The translations under genes were made by a program, and so were the position numbers. A stretch of DNA of 64,000 bases from Antedon mediterranea (taxonomy: Eukaryota; Animalia; Echinodermata): the NCBI RefSeq assembly GCF_964355755.1, contig NC_092678.1, positions 15,977,881-16,041,880 of the forward strand, written 5' to 3'. Of the stretch, positions 39,426 to 51,396 are shown one piece after another. The notes under the pieces are model-generated. The model was not told the origin of the DNA and did no database searches. It worked only from the letters and a program-made list of their open reading frames with translations. Numbering within the stretch: position 1 is the stretch's first letter; the number at the start of each line of letters is the position of its first letter.

Positions 39426-41677
39426 ATATCTAATGTCACAGTACTCTATAGCTTCTTTCTATTAATATATTACACCCCCGAGAACTTATCTTTGACTAAG
39501 GAGGTTTAGGTAGGCTGCTAGGCCTTTAACCTGCTGATGATGTAGCCTATATTTTATATATAGTATAGGCATGTAGCCTGACCTACTGTAGTGTAACTCC
39601 CATCCCAATATGATTTTTTAAATATCTTAGGCCTAGCTAGGTCCTAGGCTAGGCCTCATTATTAATTAGGACCAGGCTAGCCTACTAGAAACAGCTGTAA
39701 ACTGTCACTCAGGCCCCAGAACAGACATGTTTACCTGTTAAAAATACACAGCCATTAGTCTTACACAGCTGGTTTTAACCACGCAAGGGGGCCTGGGCCT
39801 AGCTAGCATAGCAAAACATCCAGCCAGGCAATATGGATACGAACCTTGTTAAAACATTCAAGGATAACTAAAGTATCCAACTAAATCAAAGAATTCAACA
39901 GAAAAAATTATTTTTAAACTGATATGGAAAAAAACATTTATACCTACTTTTTAAATGTATCACTTGAGAAAAAAACTGGCGTTGGGTATACAATGTTGGT
40001 TAACTTTTAGTTAGATTTCCTTTGAAAATCCACGTGATAAACCGACATCAACATCTTTTTCACCTTCATCCAGGGTTGTTCTAATGAATATTCATTATTT
40101 TTCTGGCTTTCGCGGTTTTTATTTGATTTTATTGGCTATTTAAAATACAGTCGTTTTATGCTTGATCGCTTCCGGGTACCTCGTGTGGTTTGTATACAAT
40201 ATGTTTTCGGAATCGCTACTCCATAAAACGATATGAACGTTGGGGGCGCTACACTTAATTTGTATTTCTGGAACAGCTGTGACACGGGTTTGGAATTTTT
40301 CAGTGTAAATACACGCAACCCATGTCATTCCCGTGTTATGAATCGGGTGTGAAAAGGAAATTTATCCGGACACGACACGGGTTTGTTATAAGCTCGGCGG
40401 TGTAAAAGGGGTATATGTCTACTAAGGGACAGTACGATCAAGGATTATTTATTTGTATTCATTTCGGAACAACAATGATGACATCAAAAAACTAATATTG
40501 TGACAAAAAAGGCATACAAGTATAAAGCCAGTGTTAGTAGTAAAATCTGGTTGAATGACAACATAGTTAACCCTAATACAAATTTCTGCGGAACAAACGA
40601 CTTTGACCTAAAATAAAATCTGACGAATAGTAACAAAATGACAAATGAAAAGCAATTAATATACCTCAGATTTATGAATAACAACATCTTTCGATAATTA
40701 TAATTAAATAATTAAATCTCAATGTTATAGAAATCAAAAAAGTTGAAATAAAAAAAAAGTGTATAGCATGGTATAAATGAGGATCTCGACAATCAGTGAA
40801 GTAAACGGATAATATGTATTCGTCAATGATGGACATGTATCTGTAGAAGAAGACGGATACAAGAACAGTAGTAAGGATGAATTCTCATACGATTCTTTCC
40901 TTCGTGCCGATGAAATTGATACGTCCTAAGCCCACCTTACCACTGTAGTAACGAAGGGATAACGCTATAGTATAGAGGAAGATAGTAGCAGTATTTGATT
41001 TTTGCCAATGAAATTAATATATCATAAGTTTGCCTAACTACGAATGGATAACGCTATATACGTGTAGGGCCTATGTACCACACTATTGTAGATTTATTTA
41101 TTTTATTTTCAATCATTCTACATAAAAAAAAAACATAGGCCTATAGTATAGTATAACAGAGGAGTAGCGGAAAAGCAAAAGTAATAAAACTGTCATCTTG
41201 TGATGTGCTTGAATAGCCCCTGAAAACTAAAACGATAAAATAAAACCAAAATTATAACAATAAATATAGAAAAAAAACATAGAAAAATATTCTATTTATA
41301 ACTGCTAATAAAAGTGTTACAATATAAAAATACAATTGCCCTCAGAATATTCTATAAAAGTTAAAAATTCAGAGTAAGGTATAATCTAAAAAAACATGTA
41401 CATTTGCATAACCTTTGGTTTATAAAATATGAAAATTTACAAATCTATAAAATGTTACTTTAAACTGTGTTTAAACTTTAAAAAAACGACTCTCCAATAA
41501 GTTTATTTCTGATCGTAACACAGTTGGAGAAACCGTACTAACCCTGAGTAAAAGTATCAGTACGGGCTCTACCATAATAAAAGGTAAGTATATATTGGTG
41601 TCGGTTATTAACTAAAAAAAGAACAAACAGAATCAACATAGATACCAGATGCCTCTCATAACGACGTTTTCGTAGTC

Positions 41678-41861
41678 TAAAGCCTGTTTTCCCGTCGGCG
41701 TTATTCGACGCTATCGTTAACAATAATCGGCAATCTTCTACTTAAACATTGAAATTTTTACGATTTACAGAAAAAGGTACTCGCTATGTTATCATTTCAA
41801 CTTGATCGTTTTCAAACGATCGTTGTTGAACTGTTAACGATCAACAAGAAAACAGGCTTTA
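41678..41861. mobile_element. Small MITE
   Basis: IR TAAAGCCTGTTTTC...GAAAACAGGCTTTA; absent from the paralogous intron near 26570. Confidence 0.7.
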
Positions 41862-42099
41862 TGTTGTTTGATTGGCGATCGTAAAAGCATTCGTAATGTT
41901 TATGACGTATGACGTCATATACTGTAATTTAATTATGATAATATTAGTTTCCTTTTGGTTAACTTTGGGTGATGTTCATTTGAACAATATCAACAGACAA
42001 ACTAAACAAACACTTAAGTTGCAATTTGTTCTAGGTTCACCTTAATTTTGACTTATTTTTTACTGGATTAAGATTGAATGAACTCATAATAATGTTTTA

Positions 42100-42180
42100 T
42101 ACCCCTTTTACACACTAAATAAGTAAAACTCTGGAAACACTCCGGAGTTGACGCCCCGCTGTTTTGGTGTGAAAGGGGTA
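42100..42180. mobile_element. 81-bp Harbinger-like MITE
   Basis: TACCCCTTTTACAC...GTGTGAAAGGGGTA, TSD TTA; same terminus family as 27382-40413. Confidence 0.7.
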
Positions 42181-43818
42181 TTAGAAACGTCGTTTTTGTG
42201 ACACTGTGTTTCATACGGCGGAATGTCATTTTAAACTAAGCTGGTCTAACGTATTTTAAATGAATACAGTGTGTATAGGTAGGAGGAGAAACTGTTGATG
42301 TTGTTTATCTGACAACTTGGTAATACAGAAAATCATGACATCACATGCCTCTATCATTAGCGTATGAATTAGGTTATGGTATGATAGTAGGTGATACATG
42401 TGAAACATGTGATTTACCGAATGTTCCTATGATACTATAGAAATCGAGATACAATACCAAGAATCAGGTGTATGTTAGACGTTACATCGGCTTGGAATGG
42501 AGGTCTGAGCATTAACCACCTTAATTCTGTAATGTGTCTGTACAATTTTGTGAGGCAAACATTATATCGTGTATACATGGATAGGGTGCCGCATATACTT
42601 ATGCATTGTCTAATTGCTTAATCCTTTCTGAATAATGTTGTACATAGATATAACAAAGTACTGCTGATTTGATACGTATTTATATAATTGTAACATAATG
42701 AGAAATGTTCCTTACTATGCTAGTAGTGGTGCAGTTATTAAAGAATTACATGATTAGTAAATTAGTTTTTATTACCACAGAGTGCAACACAGTGTGACGT
42801 ATTGTCTGCAAACTCTTAAGAATGATGAATTAATAGGCATGTTTTACAACACTATTACTTCTCGTGTGGATAACCACCACATAGAGAAACTTGAAAACGT
42901 GACCAGAAATTTAACGTCATGCATCTGAAAAGCTTGTTATGTTACCCGGTTCTCCGTCTTCATATATGACAATTATTTCCTCAGTATATAGGACAATTTG
43001 GTAATACAGAGCCTCATGTGTATCCCATGTGGTGCCTGTATCATTAGCTTATGAATTAGGTTATGGTCTATGTTAGTAGTTGATATATGTAATGCTGTAT
43101 TACTGAATTTTCCTACGTAACTAGAGAAATCGAGATACAATACCAAGAATCAGGTGTATGTTAGACGTTATTTCGGCTTGGAATCGAGGTCTTAGATTTA
43201 ACCACTTTCTGAAATGTAAGGCAAAAATTATACCTTTTACACATGGATAAGGTGCCGTAGAGACATATGATTAGTCTATTGCTAAATCCTTTCTGAAACT
43301 TGTTTTTTTCTGAAGAATGTTGTCCATATAATTATGTAACACCGTACTACTGGTTTGATATGAATGGTATAATTGTAACATAATGCGAAATGTTCCTTAC
43401 CATGCTAGTAGTGGTGCATTTATTCAATAATTACATGATTTGTAAATTAGTTTTATATTATCACAGCATGCAACACAGTGTGACGTATTGTCTGCAAACT
43501 TTTAAGAATGATGAATTAATATGTATTTTATAATAATTATGTAATTTCCCAATTAATAAAACATACCTGTTAAAATAACAAATTACTTTATTAAAACAGA
43601 CGAATCCAAGCAAACTGCATTGTGGTAAAATGTTACAGTTTTCTTTTATCATTATTATGATAATAATAATAAAACATAACAAAAAACACCGGGTATATTA
43701 TTTTAGATTTGTTTAAATATTCTGTAATTGTAACGGATAACAAGTAAAACGATGACAATAATAATTGTGGATATCTTACAACGAAAATACTATTCGATAA
43801 ACAAAACAAAGCACTCAC

Positions 43819-43890
43819 AGTGCTGTCAATGATGTCAAACCATCAAACACATTTCCTGGTAATGTTGTTATTTCATTACTTTCCAAATCC
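43819..43890 (-). CDS. 72-nt single-LRR exon (DLESNEITTLPGNVFDGLTSLTAL)
   Basis: tttttcAG acceptor and GTGAGT donor, 72 nt, open frame, LRR consensus. Confidence 0.87.
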
Positions 43891-46800
43891 CTGAAAAACG
43901 TGAAAAAGCAATAACAATGATATTATATAGTTTCAAGGTACAGTGCTATCAACAATCATATGTTTCATAATTTCTTAAAAAACAACAAATAGCTACTGCA
44001 TTGTGCCAAAAGAAGCCAAATGCTTCTGTCGCCAATTAGGAGTGCCACTGCAATAGTAAAATGTATAATACTATTTAAAATAATAGTACTTGTTGATATT
44101 ACTTCGGCCCTTATATTATCATTATTTACATACAATGTTAAGAACTATTTTTCATTAACTGCTTTTACATCATTGTAGTTACCATATCAATAATAGGATT
44201 CGTGGATATGGATCAACATCTACAATACAATACAACCAACAATAGCCCTATTATAAACACACTATATTATTAAATGATGACGATGATCCGTGTATTCTGC
44301 TAATTTATATTTCAATATGGGATTATTTTGTCCGCTGGTGCTGCTACAGTAACTTAATTAAAGAGTCTTTTTTGCTTAAACAATGCCAAAATGGAAAACC
44401 TCATTGAAGAGCAAAAAGAAAGATATTACGCCTGAACGTATTAAACATAAAACAGACAGATACCAAAATGTTCATTTTTAAAATGAAGTTATTATTATCC
44501 CTCCTGAGGCATAGAGTTAAAATGTGAATTAAAACAAACCAAGCGTTACACCGTTAACCTTGGCTGAATGACAGCATTTTTCACCCGATACAATTTTCTT
44601 TTCTTTTTGTTCGCATACACACTGCTAAAATTAGAAAAACTCATAGAAGAGCACCACGAAAGATGTTACGCTTGAACGTATTACATATGAAACATACAGA
44701 TACCATACAAGTGTTAATTTATAAAAAAAAAAGTATTTCTCCCGAGGCGTAGGGTCAAAATGTGCCTGAAAATAAACATGATTACTGAATCCTGACAACA
44801 TATTGTTCACCCGGTACAATTATCTGCGAAACAAACGATCTTAATCTAAAAAAAATCTAAAATCCAAATATAAACTTGAAATAATGAAAAGTAATTAATA
44901 TACATCAGAATATGAATAACGACATCAATTTCCGATAATAATAATTAATTAATTAAGTCTCAATTTTAAAGAAATACAAAAGTTAAAATAGAACTAAAAT
45001 TGTATATAGCATGGTATAATGTGGATCTCGGGTAAAGACCAGCAGTGAAGTCAGTTGATACTATGTATTCGTCAATGATGGCCAAGTGTCAGTATTAAGG
45101 ATGCAGCATGGAACCACCGGAAATTGGTAGGTCAGAAGTTATTCTGAAAATAGATGAGGAGGGTCTATTTGTACCAATGAAGCTTTCTGTTATTATTGTT
45201 CCTTGTGATAGGCCTATCCAAAATAAAGATGAATCGGTTCAACATTGCAGTTCTGCCGGACAGTGTAGTTTAAAATGTTAGTGTTGTTTCTGAATGTTCG
45301 GTTTCTGGTAGTTCTAAAAATAAAGTACCGTTTTAATATTCATTATTATTAGTGTTAGTGTTATTATTATTATTATTTATTTCCTTTATTGCATCAAGTA
45401 AGCAGTGATGAAGTTGACATAAATATAATAGAAAATATGTAAACACATAGTATAACACAGTCCAAACAAGTAATACTAAAATATATCATAGTCCACAAAT
45501 CAGTCTTTCAATGGCCATCATAGTACATCCAGTAACACAAACCAATAGAGGTTCACAATTTGCTTATCATAACTCAGTTACTGATCATTCACCAATCATT
45601 GAAAACTCCGTGGAAAGTAATGAAGTTTTTTGTGCGTTGTGTCCGGACTTTGGGAAGGGTGAACGATCTAACGCGTCGGAGAAAAGAAAACTCTGTATGC
45701 TTTTTTCTGGCTGTGAAATACAAAATTGTTAAATGAAAAAGAAAATTTAGGGTGATCATCCCAGTATTTACAGTCTAAATTTGATCTTTATGCAACAATA
45801 GGCATAAATGAATTTTTTAATTAACAGGGATAAAAGCAAATTTAAAGCCCTACATACTCTGTATGTTGGAGGAAATAAGCATAAGTGCAAATAAATCCTT
45901 GACCACAGGATGTAATTCACTATTTGGAATCAGTAGTACACGACTGTGTTGGACCATAATTTGGTCCAGGTTGACGGGTATTGACAAACTGCAAGCCATG
46001 GATTCATTGGAGTCAGTGGAGTCAACGGCCCACGTGACCATGTTAATTGCAATTCAAGTGAGTCAGTACGAAGTGTAACTGCACTATTGTACCAAAAGTG
46101 CGAGGCACCAAAAAAACATATTAAATAATTTAATATAATCTAGTATGTTCATATGAAACATTAGAGAGGAGTAATTATAAAATAAAATCATTATTTTATG
46201 TTATGTTGTTCTAAACATACCCTACTAGTACTAGGCCTACTACTAAAATAAAGTCAAGCCTGCCTGCTGCTCCCTTCTTGTTGGTCTCGCTTGTAGTTAT
46301 TTTTTTTCAAAATGTCCCCCGCCGTTCCACCACACAGCCTAGTAGTCTAGCCCCTCAAAATAGGGCTTCCTACAAGATGATATTTTGTTGAAAAAAATAC
46401 GTTTCACAAGACTCAGATTTAAAATATCTGTAATCTACTGTATTTCGTCCATTGACAGCGTTGATATAGAAGCTACTGCTAGGCCTAGAACGTACTAGGC
46501 ATACAGCGAATAGCCGTCTCTACGGTCTCTACTGTATACTCTATATATAAACTGTATATATTATACATATAAGCAAAATTGAGTTAGCCAAAACCATTGA
46601 CTCTGAAGTGTAACCTTATCACTTTCACTCTCTCTCTTCTCTCTCTTAAAAAAAATTAAAATCAAAAATGAATTTGGTATAAAATTCGCGTAAATCAAAC
46701 ATAAATCAGTTAAAAATAAAAATACAAAACTTTAAAAAAATAGTATGTTACATTGAACATACATCAAATTCGTGCGACAACTTATCGCGTTCGAATGGAC

Positions 46801-47366
46801 TTCAAACATAAATCATCAAATCAAAACATAAAACTCAAGAAAACTGTGGCTGATTAGCCTAAAATCAAATATCAAACTTAATCACTTAAAACTTTAAAGA
46901 AACAAATGTGTGTGTCCCGTTGACACAAACTTATCCACAATATATCATTATCGTCACAACTTTATCGATTTAAGCATTTATATTTACAGGTAATTACGAT
47001 TTCAATCAATCGACAAATTCGACTTTTGTACTCAATTTAAAAAATATTAAAATTAAAAGTACTAAGAAAATCTCCTGTTCTTGTATATCAATTAATTAAT
47101 GCTTGAGATTAACGACTCAAAGGTTCAACAAAATATTTGTTACAAAATGATTGTCGTTCCTTTTAATATCTCAATATATCGATCATTCAAAATTCAAAAT
47201 TAATCATTATCAAACTCGTTACAAAATCAATACTTAAACATAAATTCAATTCTCTTTTAACTGAAATCACATTATTATTTAACAAATCTCATCAAATACG
47301 TACACTATGCTATCATTAATTTAGCAAATGTCGTAATTTAAAAATAATCTTGCAAAAAAAATTAAA

Positions 47367-48920
47367 TCAGTAACTTGTTGCATTATACAAATGTTTTATG
47401 AATCGTTTTGGTGATCCACTTATCGGTATCTGTTTATCATTAATGATCTCTTTAATTAATTTATCTGTATCGTTATATCTGTCAATATTCCACCAAAATT
47501 TGCGATCATTAGATTCGTGTTTTGTTTCATCAGTGTTACGTTTGGCTGAAGTCGGTTTAGAATATGAAACTAAAACTTGGAAATGTCCTGCTTTAAATCT
47601 ACCTCGGTTTAATGTCATATTTAAATCATTAGGTGCTGTCATAATTAGATTAATTTGTTCCTTTATTTGTTCTTCTTTCATTTGGAATGGGGCTGCTAAT
47701 CCCATGTTATTCTCTACACAGTCAATGTAAGGTTGCAAGTTAAGGGGTTCTACTTTAGTTGGATGTGTAAGGGTATCGGATTGCAATTGGGTGGGTGTCC
47801 TATCATGTTCATCTACAAATTCAACATTGGTTTCGTCATTTACTACATTAATGGTGTTTTGGATTTTCTCGTTATTATCACCAGTGGGTTCATTCAACAA
47901 TTGTTTAAGTTTTTGGAGATGTGTAAAGTTTTTGCGTTCTTTGGGTGTTCTCATAAAACAAGGTTTCAGTCTGTTATAATTGAATACGTCGCGAAGTATT
48001 TCTCCTTTAATCGTCGCTAGGATGTAGTGTGTTCTGTCTAGTACTTCATGAATTACTAATGGTCCGACCCATTCTGCGGCGATTTTCTTTGAATTTGCCG
48101 TTAGTGATGATGATGTTGGCTTGTATAAATATACGAGTTGTCCTACTGAGTAAATTGGACTTTTTTGTAAGCGTTGGGAAATCTTTGAGTTTTGGACGTT
48201 TTGTTGTGTTCGCTGTAATTGTAGCATTGTCTGTGAAATGTTTTGAAATTTCTTCTTGAGATGTTCAAAGTATTCTTCATAGGAATGAGACAATCCTGAA
48301 ATAGGGTTAAATGCTAATGAGGTCAAACTTGGAGGTTGGCGGCCAAAAACTAATTCGTAAGGGGAGTGGTTTCCTAGATGTGGGGATGAAAACGAGTTAT
48401 AAGCATAACATGTTGTTGATACAAATCTAACCCAATCTGTTCCGAATTGGTTAAGGTTGACCTTTAACAGGTCCGATACGGTGCGGATATGACGTTCAAC
48501 TTGTAAACTACCGTGATTGTGGACGCTGATGATTTTGCTATCAATATTAAGGGTGTTACATAATAGTGTTAATAATTTTCCTGTAAGGGAGGTTGCTGCA
48601 TCTGAGATAAGACGAGATGGGGGTCCAAAAATACTGATTACCTTTTGAATTAGTGCTTCACAAATTGTTTCGGCATCAATGGATTTCAAAGGTACACAAA
48701 TCAAAAATCTAGTTATCTCATCACATACTACCATAATATGTTTAAAACCTGAAGGTGATGTTGGCATACTCTTAAAATCTAGACTGAGTGTATGAAAGGG
48801 ACGGTAAGTTGCTGGTACGCGATCGTGTAAAGGACGTAATTTATCGGTTTTGGGACGAAATTGTTGACATCTAAGACACGCTTGGGTATAATTGTTGACT
48901 TTCTCAAACATAAGGGGCAT
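47367..48920 (-). CDS. Gypsy-type integrase (5'-truncated pol)
   Basis: CLRC half of the HHCC finger, SLDFK, LISDAA, QVERHIR (DDE), SPYELVFGR, WVGPLVI. Confidence 0.88.
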   Translation of the reverse strand: MPLMFEKVNNYTQACLRCQQFRPKTDKLRPLHDRVPATYRPFHTLSLDFKSMPTSPSGFKHIMVVCDEITRFLICVPLKSIDAETICEALIQKVISIFGPPSRLISDAATSLTGKLLTLLCNTLNIDSKIISVHNHGSLQVERHIRTVSDLLKVNLNQFGTDWVRFVSTTCYAYNSFSSPHLGNHSPYELVFGRQPPSLTSLAFNPISGLSHSYEEYFEHLKKKFQNISQTMLQLQRTQQNVQNSKISQRLQKSPIYSVGQLVYLYKPTSSSLTANSKKIAAEWVGPLVIHEVLDRTHYILATIKGEILRDVFNYNRLKPCFMRTPKERKNFTHLQKLKQLLNEPTGDNNEKIQNTINVVNDETNVEFVDEHDRTPTQLQSDTLTHPTKVEPLNLQPYIDCVENNMGLAAPFQMKEEQIKEQINLIMTAPNDLNMTLNRGRFKAGHFQVLVSYSKPTSAKRNTDETKHESNDRKFWWNIDRYNDTDKLIKEIINDKQIPISGSPKRFIKHLYNATSY

Positions 48921-49157
48921 GTAAAATAATTTCCTAATAGTACCAAATTCATTTTAACTTCATTTTTTAAAGAGAGAGAAGAGAGAGAGTGAAAGTGATA
49001 AGGTTACACTTCAGAGTCAATGGTTTTGGCTAACTCAATTTTGCTTATATGTATAATAATGTTTTTTTTTCTCTTATATAACTTTAAATTTTCATGCCAC
49101 TATTATAACCATTTTTATATTTTAAATAGATTAAAAAAAAAAAGGGAAACAGAGGGA

Positions 49158-49712
49158 TGTAATATAACGATATACTGTTATATTTAAGAAATCGACCTCT
49201 GTATCGGAATTTAAATAGGTTCACAAACTTGACCCAGAAAGTCCAGAGGAGAGTTTGTCCAGAGTCCCTAAAGAAAACACTTAGCTTAATTTTGTGACTT
49301 TCCCATCGTTAAACCAGGAGTGACTGACACTATTTAAGTACAGATTTGACAGTGTCATCCATCACAGAAATACCTTATTATACCGTTAATCACTCCCACT
49401 TAAACACCCCTGGATCAACTTAGGACCAATCGTTACCCTCACAGATGATGTAATGACATTATGCAAATGAACTGAGCCAATATACTCCCAAGTTTCAGAA
49501 GGGCCCAGACACACCTTACAGCCACTTCTCCAGAAGCAGACTAACACACTTCACACCTCACCGACAGCATCATTGATCCTCCGCGTTCCTTATCTATACT
49601 TATAGTTGTATATTGTACTGAAGTATTATACTGAATAAACAATATAGTGTTACGACAGTCAAGCGAGTTAGAGTCTTTCATTAGTACCTCAACAACGCAA
49701 CATTATATTACA
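49158..49712 (+). repeat. LTR (555 bp)
   Basis: TGTAATATA...TATATTACA termini, upstream polypurine tract AAAAAAGGGAAACAGAGGGA, internal AATAAA. Confidence 0.85.
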
Positions 49713-51396
49713 CTACTCCCCAGCGGGCGGGCTACAGTATACTATATAGGGCCTAGGCTAGCTAGCTAGGCTTCTTAGACGGTGACCAGGCACCACCTAA
49801 AACTAACTATAAACATCGAAGTCGCATTTGGATATTCGAAATTGTTAACATAATTACATTAACGGTAAGTGATTCATAAATTTTTATGAATTTTACACAA
49901 ATATTAACGAAAACGAAGGCTTATTATTATTCGAAGGCTCGCTCGCTGTTGGTATTTTTTCTGTTGAATTACCGTCGTGGATTGCATGCATTGCGTGGAT
50001 TGCGTGTAATATGCGTGCATTGCGTGCCTCGTTGACTCGCACTTTGGCAACACTCCCAGATTGACGGGCCAGGAATGATGGTAGTGCCCAGTATACAGTG
50101 TAGTTTAGCCTCAAGGCAATACCATGTAGCTGGATTAGCTTGGAGAAATACACTAGACATTTCATGAGATTTGGTGTGTGATGATTCAGTTTGATAATTA
50201 GCTGTGAAAAAAATTTGTTGAATTATGAAAAAAATATTGCAAAATATAACAAGGAAGTTATACTATAGTATAATTAAGGGGTAACTGTAAAATATATTAT
50301 AATTATAAATGCAATGAGAATTACTATTACTACTAATATTATGTATACAATACAATATTACAGTTAAATTCATAGGTCGATATTATTTTATTATTATAAG
50401 GAAATCTGTTTTAGAATGAGAAAAAACCGTCCCAACCTAGATTTGAACCCAGCTATCAATAAAGCTATAGCTATTGGTACGAGTTGACCAATTATTTGGG
50501 TACGAGTTAGCCAAGTTTGGTACGAGTTGACATGGGTACGTTACGGGTTGACCAGCACCCTAGAATACGGATAAAGATCAACCCGTACCCCCATGCCGAC
50601 TCGTTCCCATCCCATGGTAGAATACTACTTACATGTTAGTTTAGCCTAGCTGGGCTAACCTACCTCACCTCTCACATGCCCTCCTGAAAAAACGCGACCG
50701 AAATTACTGGAACCCTACCCTAGCCTACTAGACCTAGATAGTAGTGATCCGTAGTACCATGGAACTATAATAAATGGTAGACGTATTAGTACTGTGTAGT
50801 ATATGTTAACATGTCTGGCTCTACGAGGCCTTTTTATGCTCATATGATGACTTTTTTGGGCGTCCCAATGTAGGCCTATGCTATGCCTATAGCTAGGACA
50901 GATTTCCCATTCCTGCAGGCCTGTAGCCTATGCTCTAGTAGGGCGGCCGAGTGTACTCTGGTCGATTCACCCCTGGTTGGCTCGTACCCATTTCAACTCG
51001 TACTTAAATTCCTACCCTAAACTTGTATCCAACCAAATAATTGGTTGATTTCCCGCTAGACTAGTAGGCCTAGCCTAGCTACAATATTCATTATGCCCTG
51101 CTAAAAAGGTAGATGAGCTACTAGACTAATTACGTAATTCGTATAATAATAACAATAATTGACTAGAAGGCCTAAAAGCGGCGGAAAATACCTATCCATT
51201 CTTGCAGGGCAGTACGAAAACCTGCCTATGGTTGTACATCATTGTAAATTGTCGACACACACTGTGCTACAGACAGTGTACCGTGTGTTAAAAGTACAGC
51301 ATTTATAGCAGACAGCAACGTGTATAACTTGCTATAGTTTTACAGATAGCACCTGTGGACAGTAGCATAATTGGGTGTTGCGTTGCTAAATGGAGT

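Larger units (their letters stand above)
27884..40281 (+). mobile_element. Chapaev/N-RAG-TP-like DNA transposon encoding a RAG1-like transposase, with RSS-like asymmetric ends
   Basis: CACAGCTGTTTCA...TGGAACAGCTGTG, 4-bp TSD ACAC (27880-27883 and 40282-40285), inner GCGCCC box at offset 43 (left) and 33 (right), internal multi-exon transposase. Confidence 0.9.
27382..40413. mobile_element. PIF/Harbinger-like MITE (~630 bp) split by the RAG1-like transposon
   Basis: TIR TGCCCCTTTTACACCGCC / GGCGGTGTAAAAGGGGTA, 3-bp TSD TAT. Confidence 0.75.
46533..49712. mobile_element. Rearranged Gypsy LTR retrotransposon remnant
   Basis: Candidate 4-bp TSD CTAC (46529-46532 and 49713-49716); inverted integrase segment; polypurine tract followed by one intact LTR. 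Confidence 0.75.

Noticed and set aside
27884-40281. Calling the element ProtoRAG or a true RAG1 gene
   Set aside because: The TSD is 4 bp rather than 5, no RAG2-like gene is visible, and the GGDKGG/GDY core motifs differ from RAG1L.
45511-46078. Short ORFs on both strands as host exons
   Set aside because: No coherent domain; only a faint LINE-like C-terminal motif (LPKVRTQRTKNF) on the minus strand.
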